A DNA stretch of 64,000 bases from Bacilli bacterium (GTDB taxonomy: Bacteria; Bacillota_I; Bacilli_A; RF39; UBA660): NCBI GenBank assembly GCA_017418945.1, contig JAFOMI010000040.1:32-64031 (forward strand), in the 5' to 3' direction. Under the pieces are notes generated by a model, which saw only the letters and a list, made by a program, of their open reading frames with translations, made no database searches and was not told the DNA's origin. Below are positions 16,087 through 26,879 of the stretch, piece after piece; position 1 is the first letter of the stretch, and every line of letters begins with the position of its first letter. The position numbers were made by a program, and so were the translations under genes.

Positions 16087-17508
16087 ATGGCAAATGAAAA
16101 GATAACTAAAAGAGATGTAGATTTTGCAAAATGGTATACAGATGTAGTTAAAGCAGCTCATCTAGCAGATTATTCATCTGTAAAAGGATGTATAGTTATT
16201 GAGCCAAATGGCTATGCAATTTGGGAAAAAATGCAAAGTATATTAGATAAAGAATTTAAAAAATTAGGACATGTTAATGTACAAATGCCTCTTCTAATTC
16301 CAGAATCTATGTTAAATAAAGAAAAAGAATTAGTAGAAGGATTTTCACCAGAAGTTGCGTGGGTAACAGTTGGAGGAAATAAAACATTAGAAGATAGATT
16401 ATGTATTAGACCAACATCTGAAACTTTATTTTGTGATTATTATAAAGATCATATTAGTTCATATAAAGATTTACCAAAATTATATAATCAATGGTGTAAT
16501 GTACTTAGATGGGAAAAAGAAACAAGACCATTTTTAAGAAGTAGAGAATTCTTATGGCAAGAAGGTCATACAATTCATTCAACAAAAGAAGAAGCTATTA
16601 AAGAAACAAATCAAATGATGGATGTATATTATAATTTCTTTCATAATTATTTAGCAATACCATCTATTAGAGGTATGAAAACAGAAAAAGAAAAATTTTC
16701 AGGAGCAGAATTTACTTTAACTAATGAAGCTTTAATGTATAATGGAGTTGCTCTTCAAGCAGGTACTTCACATTATTTTGGTCAAAAATTTTCAGAAGCT
16801 TATGATGTGAAATTTACAAATAAAAATAATGAACTTGAATATGTATATCAAACTTCATGGGGAACTACAACAAGAATGATAGGAGCATTAATAATGGTTC
16901 ATTCAGATGATTATGGTCTTGTATTACCACCTAAAATTGCGCCAAAACAAGTTGTAATTGTACCAATTGGTGATAATGAAGAAGTTAATAATTTATCAAA
17001 TAAATTTAAAGAAGAGTTAAATAATAATGATATAATCACATATATTGATGATTCAGAAAAATCTCCAGGATTTAAATTTGCTGAAGCTGAAGTAAATGGT
17101 ATTCCTGTTAGAATAGAAGTTGGTAAAAGAGATTTAGAAAAAGGGATTATTACAGTAGCAAGAAGAGATACTAGAGAAAAAATAGAAATTAGCAAAGATA
17201 CTGATATAGTTTCATTTGTTAAAGAATTATTAGATACTATTCAAAATGATATGCTTGAAAAAGCAACAAAAAGAAGAGATGAATTAACTTTTAAAGCTGA
17301 TAATTTAGATGATATGAAAAATATTCTAGAAACACAACCAGGTTTTATTCATGCAAATTGGTGTGGAGATAAAGCATGTGAAGAAAAAATAAAGGAAATA
17401 AAAGGATGCAAATCAAGATGTATAGTTCCAGATGAAAATGTTAGCGGTAAATGTGTATGCTGCTCTAAAGAAGCTAAATATCATGTTATATGGGGATTAC
17501 AATATTAA
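16087..17508 (+). CDS. proS: Prolyl-tRNA synthetase (archaeal/eukaryotic-type, with C-terminal Zn-binding domain)
   Basis: Class II aaRS motifs (FLRSREFLWQEGHT, GTSHYFGQ) and a C-terminal Cys cluster. 473 aa is typical of type-II ProRS. Confidence 0.92.
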   Translation: MANEKITKRDVDFAKWYTDVVKAAHLADYSSVKGCIVIEPNGYAIWEKMQSILDKEFKKLGHVNVQMPLLIPESMLNKEKELVEGFSPEVAWVTVGGNKTLEDRLCIRPTSETLFCDYYKDHISSYKDLPKLYNQWCNVLRWEKETRPFLRSREFLWQEGHTIHSTKEEAIKETNQMMDVYYNFFHNYLAIPSIRGMKTEKEKFSGAEFTLTNEALMYNGVALQAGTSHYFGQKFSEAYDVKFTNKNNELEYVYQTSWGTTTRMIGALIMVHSDDYGLVLPPKIAPKQVVIVPIGDNEEVNNLSNKFKEELNNNDIITYIDDSEKSPGFKFAEAEVNGIPVRIEVGKRDLEKGIITVARRDTREKIEISKDTDIVSFVKELLDTIQNDMLEKATKRRDELTFKADNLDDMKNILETQPGFIHANWCGDKACEEKIKEIKGCKSRCIVPDENVSGKCVCCSKEAKYHVIWGLQY

Positions 17509-17867
17509 TGAATAAATTAATTAAAGACATAAAAAATAATTTAATTGTAATAATATTTATAATTATATATTTTGCATTAACAAAAATAATATTTGGTTAT
17601 TCATGCATTTTTAGAATACTATTTCATATTAAGTGCCCGGGTTGTGGTTTAACAAGAGCGCTTAAATCATTATTAAAGGGCGATATAACTAAGGCAATGC
17701 ATTATAATTATTCAATTATATTTTGGTTAATATTATTGATTATATTTATTATTAATAGATATATAAAACCATTAAAAGTAAATGTATTAGTATTATTTAT
17801 TATTACTGTTTTAATAACTTTAATTAGATATATATTAATTGTATTTTTTAATGAACCTATTTTTTAG
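17508..17867 (+). CDS. DUF2752-family membrane protein
   Basis: The CPGCGLTRA motif is diagnostic of DUF2752. Start is ambiguous between 17490 and 17508. Confidence 0.65.
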   Translation: MNKLIKDIKNNLIVIIFIIIYFALTKIIFGYSCIFRILFHIKCPGCGLTRALKSLLKGDITKAMHYNYSIIFWLILLIIFIINRYIKPLKVNVLVLFIITVLITLIRYILIVFFNEPIF

Positions 17868-17925
17868 GTTTATTTTTTTTTATTATTTGGTATAATAATA
17901 ATTAAGTAATAGAGGAGGAATATAT

Positions 17926-18027
17926 ATGGAAAAGAAATGTAATTGTGATAAAACTTGTAAATGTGGATGTAATGAAGGAAAGAAATGTAATTGTAAAGAT
18001 AAGAAATGTAAATGCAATAAAAAATAA
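17926..18027 (+). CDS. 33-aa Cys/Lys-rich metallothionein-like peptide (not in the ORF track)
   Basis: MEKKCNCDKTCKCGCNEGKKCNCKDKKCKCNKK, with 9 Cys in 33 residues as CxC/CxxxC repeats. Near-perfect RBS AGAGGAGGA 6 nt upstream. TAA stop, then the RBS of the next gene. Confidence 0.6.
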   Translation: MEKKCNCDKTCKCGCNEGKKCNCKDKKCKCNKK

Positions 18028-18041
18028 TTATTGGAGGAATT

Positions 18042-18434
18042 ATGGAAGAAGTATTAAAGTTTTTAAAAGAAGCAGGAGTTTACTATCTTGCTACAGTAGA
18101 AGATAATAAACCTAAAGTTAGACCATTTGGAACAATTGAAATATATGATAATCATTTATATATACAAACAGGTATGAAAAAAAATGTATTTAAACAAATA
18201 GAAAAGAATAACAATGTAGAAATATGTGCATTTAAAGATGGCAAATGGATAAGATTATCTGGTGAACTTTTAGTAGATGAAAGAATAGAAGCAAAAAAAC
18301 ATATGCTTGATAATTATCCTGAATTAAGAGGTATGTATAGTGAAGATGATCTTAATACTAAAGTATTATATTTTAAAAATGGACATGCTGTAATATCATC
18401 ATTTACAGATGAAGATATAGTTATAGATTTTTAG
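18042..18434 (+). CDS. Pyridoxamine 5'-phosphate oxidase-like FMN-binding split-barrel protein
   Basis: YYLATVEDNKPKVRPFG....YIQTG pattern typical of PNPOx-like/general stress protein 26 family. Confidence 0.65.
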   Translation: MEEVLKFLKEAGVYYLATVEDNKPKVRPFGTIEIYDNHLYIQTGMKKNVFKQIEKNNNVEICAFKDGKWIRLSGELLVDERIEAKKHMLDNYPELRGMYSEDDLNTKVLYFKNGHAVISSFTDEDIVIDF

Positions 18435-18442
18435 GAGGTAAT

Positions 18443-18841
18443 ATGAAAAAGGAAAAATCTTGTGGAATAATAGTGTTTGATAATGATAAAGTACTTGTTG
18501 TAAAGCATCTTGATGGGCATTATGGATTTCCAAAAGGACATGTTGAAAACAACGAAACAGAAGAAGAAACTGCAATTAGAGAAGTAAAAGAAGAAACTAA
18601 TTGTGATGCTAAAATTATCCCAGGCTTTAGAGAAGTTATAACTTATAGTCCAAAACAAAATGTTATAAAAGATGTAGTATATTTTATTGGTAAACCTATT
18701 TCAATTGAAATAAAACCACAAGAATCAGAAATAAGTAATGTTAAATTCTTATCATTTGAAGATATTTTAAATGTTATTACTTTTTCTGATGAAAAGGAAT
18801 TATTTATTGAAGCATTAAATTATTATAAGACTATTAATTAG
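18443..18841 (+). CDS. NUDIX hydrolase
   Basis: Nudix box GHYGFPKGHVENNETEEETAIREVKEETN (G-x5-E-x7-REUxEExGU). Confidence 0.85.
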   Translation: MKKEKSCGIIVFDNDKVLVVKHLDGHYGFPKGHVENNETEEETAIREVKEETNCDAKIIPGFREVITYSPKQNVIKDVVYFIGKPISIEIKPQESEISNVKFLSFEDILNVITFSDEKELFIEALNYYKTIN

Positions 18842-18922
18842 TCTTTTTTTGTTGCATTTTTTTTAAAATGGTGTATAATGAATATGAAAATGATTTTCAA
18901 ATTAAGGAGTGAGGTATATTAT

Positions 18923-19765
18923 ATGTTTGATTTATTTATGGATGCACTTATTGATAGTGTTAAGTTATTACCATATTTATTAGTTACATTTTTATTCTTA
19001 GAATTAGTAGAACATAAATTTGGTGATAAGAATGAAAAAGTTCTTTCAAAGAATAAAAAATTTGGTCCTTTATTAGGAGGTTTATTCGGAGCATTCCCAC
19101 AATGTGGATTTAGTGCAATGGCTTCTAATTTATTCTCAAGTAAAGTTATTACTTTAGGAACATTAGTCGCAGTATTTTTATCAACTAGTGATGAAATGAT
19201 TCCAGTAATGCTTGGTGAAAAAATGGACTTTGTGTTAATGCTTAGAATAGTATTATTTAAAGTATTAGTGGGTATAACTGTTGGTTATATTATAGATTTT
19301 ATATATAGAAGAAAAATAGTTAAACCAGTAGAAAGTATTCATCATTTATGTGAAGAAGAACATTGTAGTTGTAAAAAGAATGGAATTATTCTTTCAAGTA
19401 TTATGCATACAATTAAAACTGGATTATTTGTTTTAATTGCAAATATATTAATTAATTTCTTAATATTTAAAATAGGTGAAGAAAATTTATCAAAAATTCT
19501 TTTAAGTAAAAATATTTGGACTTATTTTGCATGTTCATTACTTGGTTTAATTCCAAACTGCGCACCTAGTGTTATTATGACTGAATTATATTTATCTAAC
19601 TTTATTACTATAGGTAATTTGATTGGTGGTTTATTAACAGGTTCTGGTTTAGGTATTTTATTATTATTTAAATCAAATAAAAATTTAAAGGAAAATATAA
19701 GTGTTTTATCTATCATTTACATAATAGGTGTATTAGTAGGAATACTTGTAGATTTATTTATATAA
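18923..19765 (+). CDS. Polytopic membrane protein (permease-like, related to the downstream gene)
   Basis: About 8 TM segments. Motif FPQCGFS and a Cys/His loop HHLCEEEHCSCKK. Start at the RBS-supported MFDLFMD. Confidence 0.6.
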   Translation: MFDLFMDALIDSVKLLPYLLVTFLFLELVEHKFGDKNEKVLSKNKKFGPLLGGLFGAFPQCGFSAMASNLFSSKVITLGTLVAVFLSTSDEMIPVMLGEKMDFVLMLRIVLFKVLVGITVGYIIDFIYRRKIVKPVESIHHLCEEEHCSCKKNGIILSSIMHTIKTGLFVLIANILINFLIFKIGEENLSKILLSKNIWTYFACSLLGLIPNCAPSVIMTELYLSNFITIGNLIGGLLTGSGLGILLLFKSNKNLKENISVLSIIYIIGVLVGILVDLFI

Positions 19766-19811
19766 GATTGAATTATCAATCTTTTTTTTATATAATAATT
19801 AGGGTGATAAT

Positions 19812-20699
19812 ATGGATATAATTAAAAATATTTCGGTTATTTTTATGTCAATTTTTTTTGAAAGTTTACCTTTTTTGTTGCTTGGTTCTTTTATTTCAGC
19901 AATTATAGAAACCTATATTTCAAACGAGAAAATAATTAAATTAATACCAAGGAATAAGTTTTTAGGTTCTTTAGTAGGTGTTTTATTAGGATTCTTTTTA
20001 CCAGCATGTGATTGCGCAGTTATTCCTATATCTAAAAGATTAATAAAGAAAAAAGTGCCAATAAATGTATCTATCAGTTTTATGCTTGCATCTCCAATAA
20101 TTAATCCTGTTGTTTTATTATCAACTTATTATGCATTTTATAAAACAGAGCCGGAATTATTTTGGTATAGATTAATTTATGGAGTAATTATATCTTTAGT
20201 AATAGGTACTATTATGGGATTTTTATATAATAAAAAAGAAGTAATAAATGAAACTTCTTTAATGGAATCAACTTGTTGTCATCATGATCATCATGAAAAT
20301 AAAATAATAGGAGTTTTTAAACATACAGCATTAGATTTATTTGATGTTATTAAATATCTGATGTTTGGAGCTTTAATTGCAAGTATTATTCAAGTACTAG
20401 TACCAAGAAGTATTATTTCTATATTTAATAATAGTAATACTTTATCAATTATTATTTTAATGCTTTTTGCATATTTAATATCTTTATGTTCAACATCTGA
20501 TTCTTTTGTTGGTAAATCTTTACTTAGTACTTTTACTAAAGGTTCTATATTGGCTTATCTCCTTCTTGGACCTATGATAGATATTAAGAATACTATAGTT
20601 TTATTAGGAAATTATAATAAAAAATTTGTAGCAACATTAATTATATTAATTTTTATTGTTATATTTATATTTACAAGATTGGCGGCGAATATATTATGA
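19812..20699 (+). CDS. Predicted permease (DUF318/ArsP_1-type, CxC motif) with a His-rich loop
   Basis: FLPACDCAVIP motif typical of the PF03773-type permeases. CCHHDHHENK loop suggests a metal-binding loop. Confidence 0.6.
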   Translation: MDIIKNISVIFMSIFFESLPFLLLGSFISAIIETYISNEKIIKLIPRNKFLGSLVGVLLGFFLPACDCAVIPISKRLIKKKVPINVSISFMLASPIINPVVLLSTYYAFYKTEPELFWYRLIYGVIISLVIGTIMGFLYNKKEVINETSLMESTCCHHDHHENKIIGVFKHTALDLFDVIKYLMFGALIASIIQVLVPRSIISIFNNSNTLSIIILMLFAYLISLCSTSDSFVGKSLLSTFTKGSILAYLLLGPMIDIKNTIVLLGNYNKKFVATLIILIFIVIFIFTRLAANIL

Positions 20700-21487
20700 G
20701 GAAGAAATATTTAGGATTAATATGTTTATTGTATGCTTTTATAATTTTATATGTTTATTTAAATAATATATTAAAAAATTTTTTAGCACCAAGAATGCAT
20801 ATATATTTATTACTAGCTATGTTTATATTAGTAATTATGTCTTTTATTATATTTTTTAGTGATTGCTTTCATTATAAATTTAAAGTATTAGATTTAATTC
20901 TTTTATTACCATTATTAATGATTATAACTGCGCAAGATGGGAAATTATCAATAGAGTCTTCTAATAATAGAATATCTACTTTTAAACCTAAAAAAATTGT
21001 AAAAGTTAAAATAAAAAAAGTTGATAATAAAACTGATAATTCTAAATTGAATTTTGATAATCCTGATTTTGTAGTTGAAGATGAAAATTATATAGATTTA
21101 GTAAATTATTTATCTTCTAATGAAAATGCAAAAAATTATGTAGGAAAAACAATTAAAGTAAAAGGATTTACAGTAGGTAATAATAATTATTTACCAAATG
21201 GATTATATGAACTTGGAAAATATCTTGTTACTTGTTGTGCAGCAGATTCTAGTTTTAAAGGATTTATTTTAAATTCTAATAATCATATTATTGAAGGAAG
21301 TACTTGGTACGAAGTAGAAGGATATTTAGATATATCTAAAGATTTTAAAGGAAAAGATATTATTGTAATAACTGTTGTTAATATAAAAGAAATAGATGAA
21401 AAGAGTGAAGATGAATATATTTATCCTTGTTATGAATATGGTGATAGAAATTGCGAAAAAACAAAAAAATATAATTTAAAATATTAG
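20696..21487 (+). CDS. TIGR03943-family membrane protein (partner of the DUF318 permease)
   Basis: N-terminal TM helices and a conserved CC motif (YLVTCCAADSSFKGF). ATGA start/stop overlap with the permease gene suggests translational coupling. Confidence 0.55.
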   Translation: MRKKYLGLICLLYAFIILYVYLNNILKNFLAPRMHIYLLLAMFILVIMSFIIFFSDCFHYKFKVLDLILLLPLLMIITAQDGKLSIESSNNRISTFKPKKIVKVKIKKVDNKTDNSKLNFDNPDFVVEDENYIDLVNYLSSNENAKNYVGKTIKVKGFTVGNNNYLPNGLYELGKYLVTCCAADSSFKGFILNSNNHIIEGSTWYEVEGYLDISKDFKGKDIIVITVVNIKEIDEKSEDEYIYPCYEYGDRNCEKTKKYNLKY

Positions 21488-21526
21488 ATATATGATATAA
21501 TTATATCTATAATAAAGGAGTAAAAA

Positions 21527-22177
21527 ATGAAAAAGAAAAGAAATATTATTGTATCTGTATTAATGACAATTATTTCATTAGTATATGTTTATTTAGTTAA
21601 AAATTTTGATGTAAGTGCGATAGGTCCAAAGAATTCAAAAGTAGGTTTTTCTACTATTAATTCTATTTTTATTAAACATGTAGGAAGACATATGGAAATA
21701 TATAAATTAACTGAAGTACTTGGTTATGTAATATTATTATTAGTATTGTTATATGGTTTAGTTGGATTTATAGAATTAATTAAGAGAAAAAGTATATTTA
21801 AGATTGATAGAGAAATAATATGCGTTGGAATACTTTATGTAATGATGATTAGTGTATATGTTTTCTTTGAAAAATTTATTATTAATTATAGACCAGTATT
21901 AATAGATGGTGTGTTAGAAGCATCTTTCCCATCAAGTCACACTATGCTTTCACTTTGCACTATTATTAGTTCTTTGATAATATCAAAAAAATATATAAAA
22001 GATAATAAATTTTATAATGTTACTGTATTTATATCAATGTTATTACTTACATTAGTATTTGTAGGAAGAACAATTTCAGGTGTTCATTATTTATCTGATA
22101 TAGTTGGTGGAGTTTTAATATCAATTACTTTATTAAGTTATTTTTATACTATTTTAAGATGGAAAAAACAAGATTAA
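21527..22177 (+). CDS. PAP2-family membrane phosphatase
   Basis: PAP2 motifs SFPSSHT and SGVHYLSDIVGG. Confidence 0.8.
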   Translation: MKKKRNIIVSVLMTIISLVYVYLVKNFDVSAIGPKNSKVGFSTINSIFIKHVGRHMEIYKLTEVLGYVILLLVLLYGLVGFIELIKRKSIFKIDREIICVGILYVMMISVYVFFEKFIINYRPVLIDGVLEASFPSSHTMLSLCTIISSLIISKKYIKDNKFYNVTVFISMLLLTLVFVGRTISGVHYLSDIVGGVLISITLLSYFYTILRWKKQD

Positions 22178-22251
22178 TCTTGTTTTTTTGTTTATAAATA
22201 AATGCTTGAAAAGATAGGAATTGGTGTTATAATGTAATTAAAGGTGATCAT

Positions 22252-22797
22252 ATGAAGTATATTTATAGGGTCTCAAATATGGAAAATTATGATGAGACTA
22301 GTCCATATTTCTCACTATTCTTTGTAAAATTTAATATGGATAATTCTGTCAAAAATACATTTGATGAAAGCAAACAACTAAAGCATTATTTTTTAAGAGC
22401 TAGTGATGCTTATATTTATAATGTATTATCTTTAAAAGATAGTTCTCAATCTAAGAGAATAAATGTTTTTTCTGTTAGTGATTTATTACTTGAAGATTGT
22501 TATGGTAAAACTATTTATAATGATGATGGAGAATTAAGTGAAGTAGATGAAGTTGCAATTCCAAGAGAAAAAATACTTAAATATCTAGGTAATAAAAATA
22601 GTGTTTCAGACGGAATGGTAGATATGTTAAAAAAAGAAGAGTTTGAAAGATTTTATTTAGGATACATAGATTTAGAAAAAAATGAAATGGTATATTTTAA
22701 TGAATATTTAAGAGATAATAACGAAGATTATAGCGTTAATCTTTTGCTTGACAGTTTAAAACCAAAGACAAAAACTTATACGAATAAAGAGCAGTAA
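22252..22797 (+). CDS. Hypothetical protein (181 aa)
   Basis: ORF with a GGTGA RBS. No motif recognised. Confidence 0.5.
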   Translation: MKYIYRVSNMENYDETSPYFSLFFVKFNMDNSVKNTFDESKQLKHYFLRASDAYIYNVLSLKDSSQSKRINVFSVSDLLLEDCYGKTIYNDDGELSEVDEVAIPREKILKYLGNKNSVSDGMVDMLKKEEFERFYLGYIDLEKNEMVYFNEYLRDNNEDYSVNLLLDSLKPKTKTYTNKEQ

Positions 22798-22845
22798 TTG
22801 TTCTTTATTTTTTTGTGTGATATACTTAATAATAGAGGTGATAGA

Positions 22846-23553
22846 ATGGCAACTGCGCATAATAAAGCAAATCAAAATGATATTGCGGATATTGTAATAA
22901 TGAGTGGTGATCCACTTAGAATAAAAAGAATTAAAGATAAGTATCTAGAAGATGCAATTTTGGTTAATGATATTAGAAATATATATGCTTATACTGGTAC
23001 TTATAAGGGTAAAAGAATTACTCTTATGGCTCATGGAATGGGTATTCCAAGTATGGGAATATATGCTTATGAATTATTTAAATTCTATAATGTAAAGAAG
23101 ATTATTAGATTAGGTTCTTGTGGAGCTTATAGTGAAGATTTAAATTTACTAGATATTATAATGGTTGATAAAAGTTATACTGAAAGTAATTTTTCTTATG
23201 AATTAAATAATGAAAAAGTAAATGTATCTTCTTCCTCAGAAGAATTAAATAAAATGTTACTTGATAGCGCAAATAAATTAGGCATTAAATTAAATATTGG
23301 TAATGTTATGAGTACTGATTGTTTTGATTGGTATGTTAAAGATATAAATGTTTTATTATCTAGATTACCAAAAGATGTTATTGCTGCTGAAATGGAAAGT
23401 TTTGCTCTTTTCTATTTAGCAAAAATGTTTAATAGAGAAGCATCTTGTTTATTAACTGTTGTTGATTCACATTATAAAAAAGAAGAATTAACTGGGGAAG
23501 AAAGAGAATCTAAATTAGATAAAATGGCATTAGTTGCATTAGAAAGTATATAG
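22846..23553 (+). CDS. deoD: Purine nucleoside phosphorylase, DeoD-type
   Basis: MATAHNKANQNDIADIVIMSGDPLRIKRI...TGTYKGKRITLMAHGMGIPS...IIRLGSCGA is collinear with E. coli/B. subtilis DeoD. Start at the RBS-supported MATAH. Confidence 0.9.
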   Translation: MATAHNKANQNDIADIVIMSGDPLRIKRIKDKYLEDAILVNDIRNIYAYTGTYKGKRITLMAHGMGIPSMGIYAYELFKFYNVKKIIRLGSCGAYSEDLNLLDIIMVDKSYTESNFSYELNNEKVNVSSSSEELNKMLLDSANKLGIKLNIGNVMSTDCFDWYVKDINVLLSRLPKDVIAAEMESFALFYLAKMFNREASCLLTVVDSHYKKEELTGEERESKLDKMALVALESI

Positions 23554-24849
<1,296 letters not shown>

Positions 24850-24907
24850 TAGTTAATTATTGATATAATAAAAAAATTCTTTATAATAAAATTAAGGGGA
24901 CTAATTT

Positions 24908-25309
24908 ATGAGAAAATACGTTAAAACAAAAAATTTTATTCTTCATACAATGAAGGAAATATATTATCCAAATAAAACTAATAATTATGATTGGATGGGT
25001 TATTTAATAACTGATTTAAATAAACCAACTTATCATCACATAATAAAAGCATGTGAATTAAGAAGAGATAGTTTGAGTTCTATCGCAACTTTAGAAAATG
25101 GAGCGTATCTTGGTAAACTTAGTCATGAAAAATTACATAGAATTGAAAATGTAGATATAGATTTATATAACGAATGGAATATCTTATTTAGAGAAATAAA
25201 TGATTCTAAAACATTTATATCAGAGGAATTATGGAGAGAAATCTTTATACTACAAGCTATTACAAAACAAAAAGAAAAAGATATAAAAATAAAGAAATTA
25301 GTTAGGTAG
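24908..25309 (+). CDS. Hypothetical protein (133 aa)
   Basis: AAGGGGA RBS. No motif recognised. Confidence 0.5.
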   Translation: MRKYVKTKNFILHTMKEIYYPNKTNNYDWMGYLITDLNKPTYHHIIKACELRRDSLSSIATLENGAYLGKLSHEKLHRIENVDIDLYNEWNILFREINDSKTFISEELWREIFILQAITKQKEKDIKIKKLVR

Positions 25310-25316
25310 GTGAAAT

Positions 25317-26207
25317 ATGTTCGATATAATTATAGTTGGTGGTGGTGTAGCAGGTTTAACTGCTGCTATATATGCTAAAAGAGCAAATAAAAGTGTCCTT
25401 GTTTTAGAAGCAAAAGCTGTTGGAGGACAAATTATTAATGCAAGTAAAATATCTAATTATCCAGGTATAGAAAATATATCAGGTCCTGATTTTGCTATGA
25501 ATTTATATAATCAAGCAACAAATTTAGGTATTGAAATAAAATATGAAACAGTAGTATCAATTACAAAAGAAAAAGAAGTATATACTAATAAAGCAAAGTA
25601 TTTAGCTAAAGCCATTATATTAGCAACAGGATCTTCTTATAGAAAATTAAATATTACAAATGAAGAAGAATTAGTTGGAAAAGGTGTTAGTTATTGCGCT
25701 ACTTGTGATGGTAATTTTTATAAAAATAAAATAGTTGCAGTAGTAGGTGGAGGTAATACTGCTATTCAGGATGCTATTTATTTATCATCAATAGCTAAAA
25801 AAGTATATGTTATTCATAGAAGAGATAGTTTTAGAAGTGAAGAGGTTCTAGTAGATGAACTTAGTAAAAAAGATAATATAGAATATATATTTAATGCTAA
25901 TGTAATTAAATTAAATAAAGATGAAGTTTTAAAATCTATTACTATTTCTAAAGATAATAAAGAAGAAGATATTTTAGTAGATGGTGTTTTTATTGCGGTT
26001 GGACAAGAACCTAAGAATTCTATTTTTAAGAATATAATAGATATAGATGAAAAAGGATATATAAAAACAAATGATGGTGTGCATACTAATATTAAAGGTA
26101 TATATGTTGCAGGAGATGCTAGAAATAAAGCACTAAGACAATTAACAACGGCAGCAGCAGATGGTGCAATAGCTTCTACACTAGCAATTAAAGAAATGGA
26201 GAGTTAA
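25317..26207 (+). CDS. trxB: Thioredoxin reductase (low-Mr type)
   Basis: FAD motif GGGVAGLTAA, redox-active CATCDG, NADPH motif GGGNTA. Confidence 0.92.
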   Translation: MFDIIIVGGGVAGLTAAIYAKRANKSVLVLEAKAVGGQIINASKISNYPGIENISGPDFAMNLYNQATNLGIEIKYETVVSITKEKEVYTNKAKYLAKAIILATGSSYRKLNITNEEELVGKGVSYCATCDGNFYKNKIVAVVGGGNTAIQDAIYLSSIAKKVYVIHRRDSFRSEEVLVDELSKKDNIEYIFNANVIKLNKDEVLKSITISKDNKEEDILVDGVFIAVGQEPKNSIFKNIIDIDEKGYIKTNDGVHTNIKGIYVAGDARNKALRQLTTAAADGAIASTLAIKEMES

Positions 26208-26208
26208 T

Positions 26209-26508
26209 ATGGTTGAAAAAATAGATGATTTAAATTATGAAGAATTAATTAAAGAAGGAAAAGTTTTAATTGATTGTTATGCGGTTTGGTGTGGTCCATG
26301 TAAAATGATTTCACCAATAATTGAAGAACTATCTAAAGAACATGATGAAATAAAATTTTATAAGGTGGATGTTGATGAATCAAATAGAATTACTAGAGAT
26401 TATCAAATAATGTCAATTCCAACTTTATTATATTTTAAAGATGGTAATTTAGTAAATAAAATAATTGGTTTAAGAAGTAAAAGTGAAATAGAGGAAATAT
26501 TAAAATAA
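26209..26508 (+). CDS. trxA: Thioredoxin
   Basis: WCGPC active site. 99 aa. Confidence 0.93.
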   Translation: MVEKIDDLNYEELIKEGKVLIDCYAVWCGPCKMISPIIEELSKEHDEIKFYKVDVDESNRITRDYQIMSIPTLLYFKDGNLVNKIIGLRSKSEIEEILK

Positions 26509-26530
26509 TACAAGAAAGGCAATATAATAT

Positions 26531-26821
26531 ATGACAGATCAAGAAAAAGATTTATATCAAGAAAGAAGTAATTTTAAAACATTAAAAAAATATTATTCTA
26601 TTAAAGAACAAATTAATGATGAAGCAATTAAAAAGATTGCAAATTTTTCATTAGCGAAAAGTATATCTGATGTTTTAAAAAATGGTGAAGATAAAGAATT
26701 AGAAAATAGTAGATTAGATGCTTTAAAAATGTGTTTAAATAATATTAAAAAAGAAAAGAATTTGACTATTGAATTAAACGAAATGAAAAAACAAAGTAGA
26801 ATTCTTAAGTTAAAGAAATAA
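26531..26821 (+). CDS. Hypothetical protein (96 aa)
   Basis: ORF followed by an intrinsic terminator (aaataatgacaaattatttc plus a T-run). Confidence 0.5.
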   Translation: MTDQEKDLYQERSNFKTLKKYYSIKEQINDEAIKKIANFSLAKSISDVLKNGEDKELENSRLDALKMCLNNIKKEKNLTIELNEMKKQSRILKLKK

Positions 26822-26879
26822 TGACAAATTATTTCTTTTTTTGTGCTATAATTAAGAAAAGTTTATAAAGGATGATTAT

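Noticed and set aside
16911-17195. 94-aa minus-strand ORF inside proS
   Set aside because: Antisense to proS, which has clear class II aaRS motifs. No independent support.
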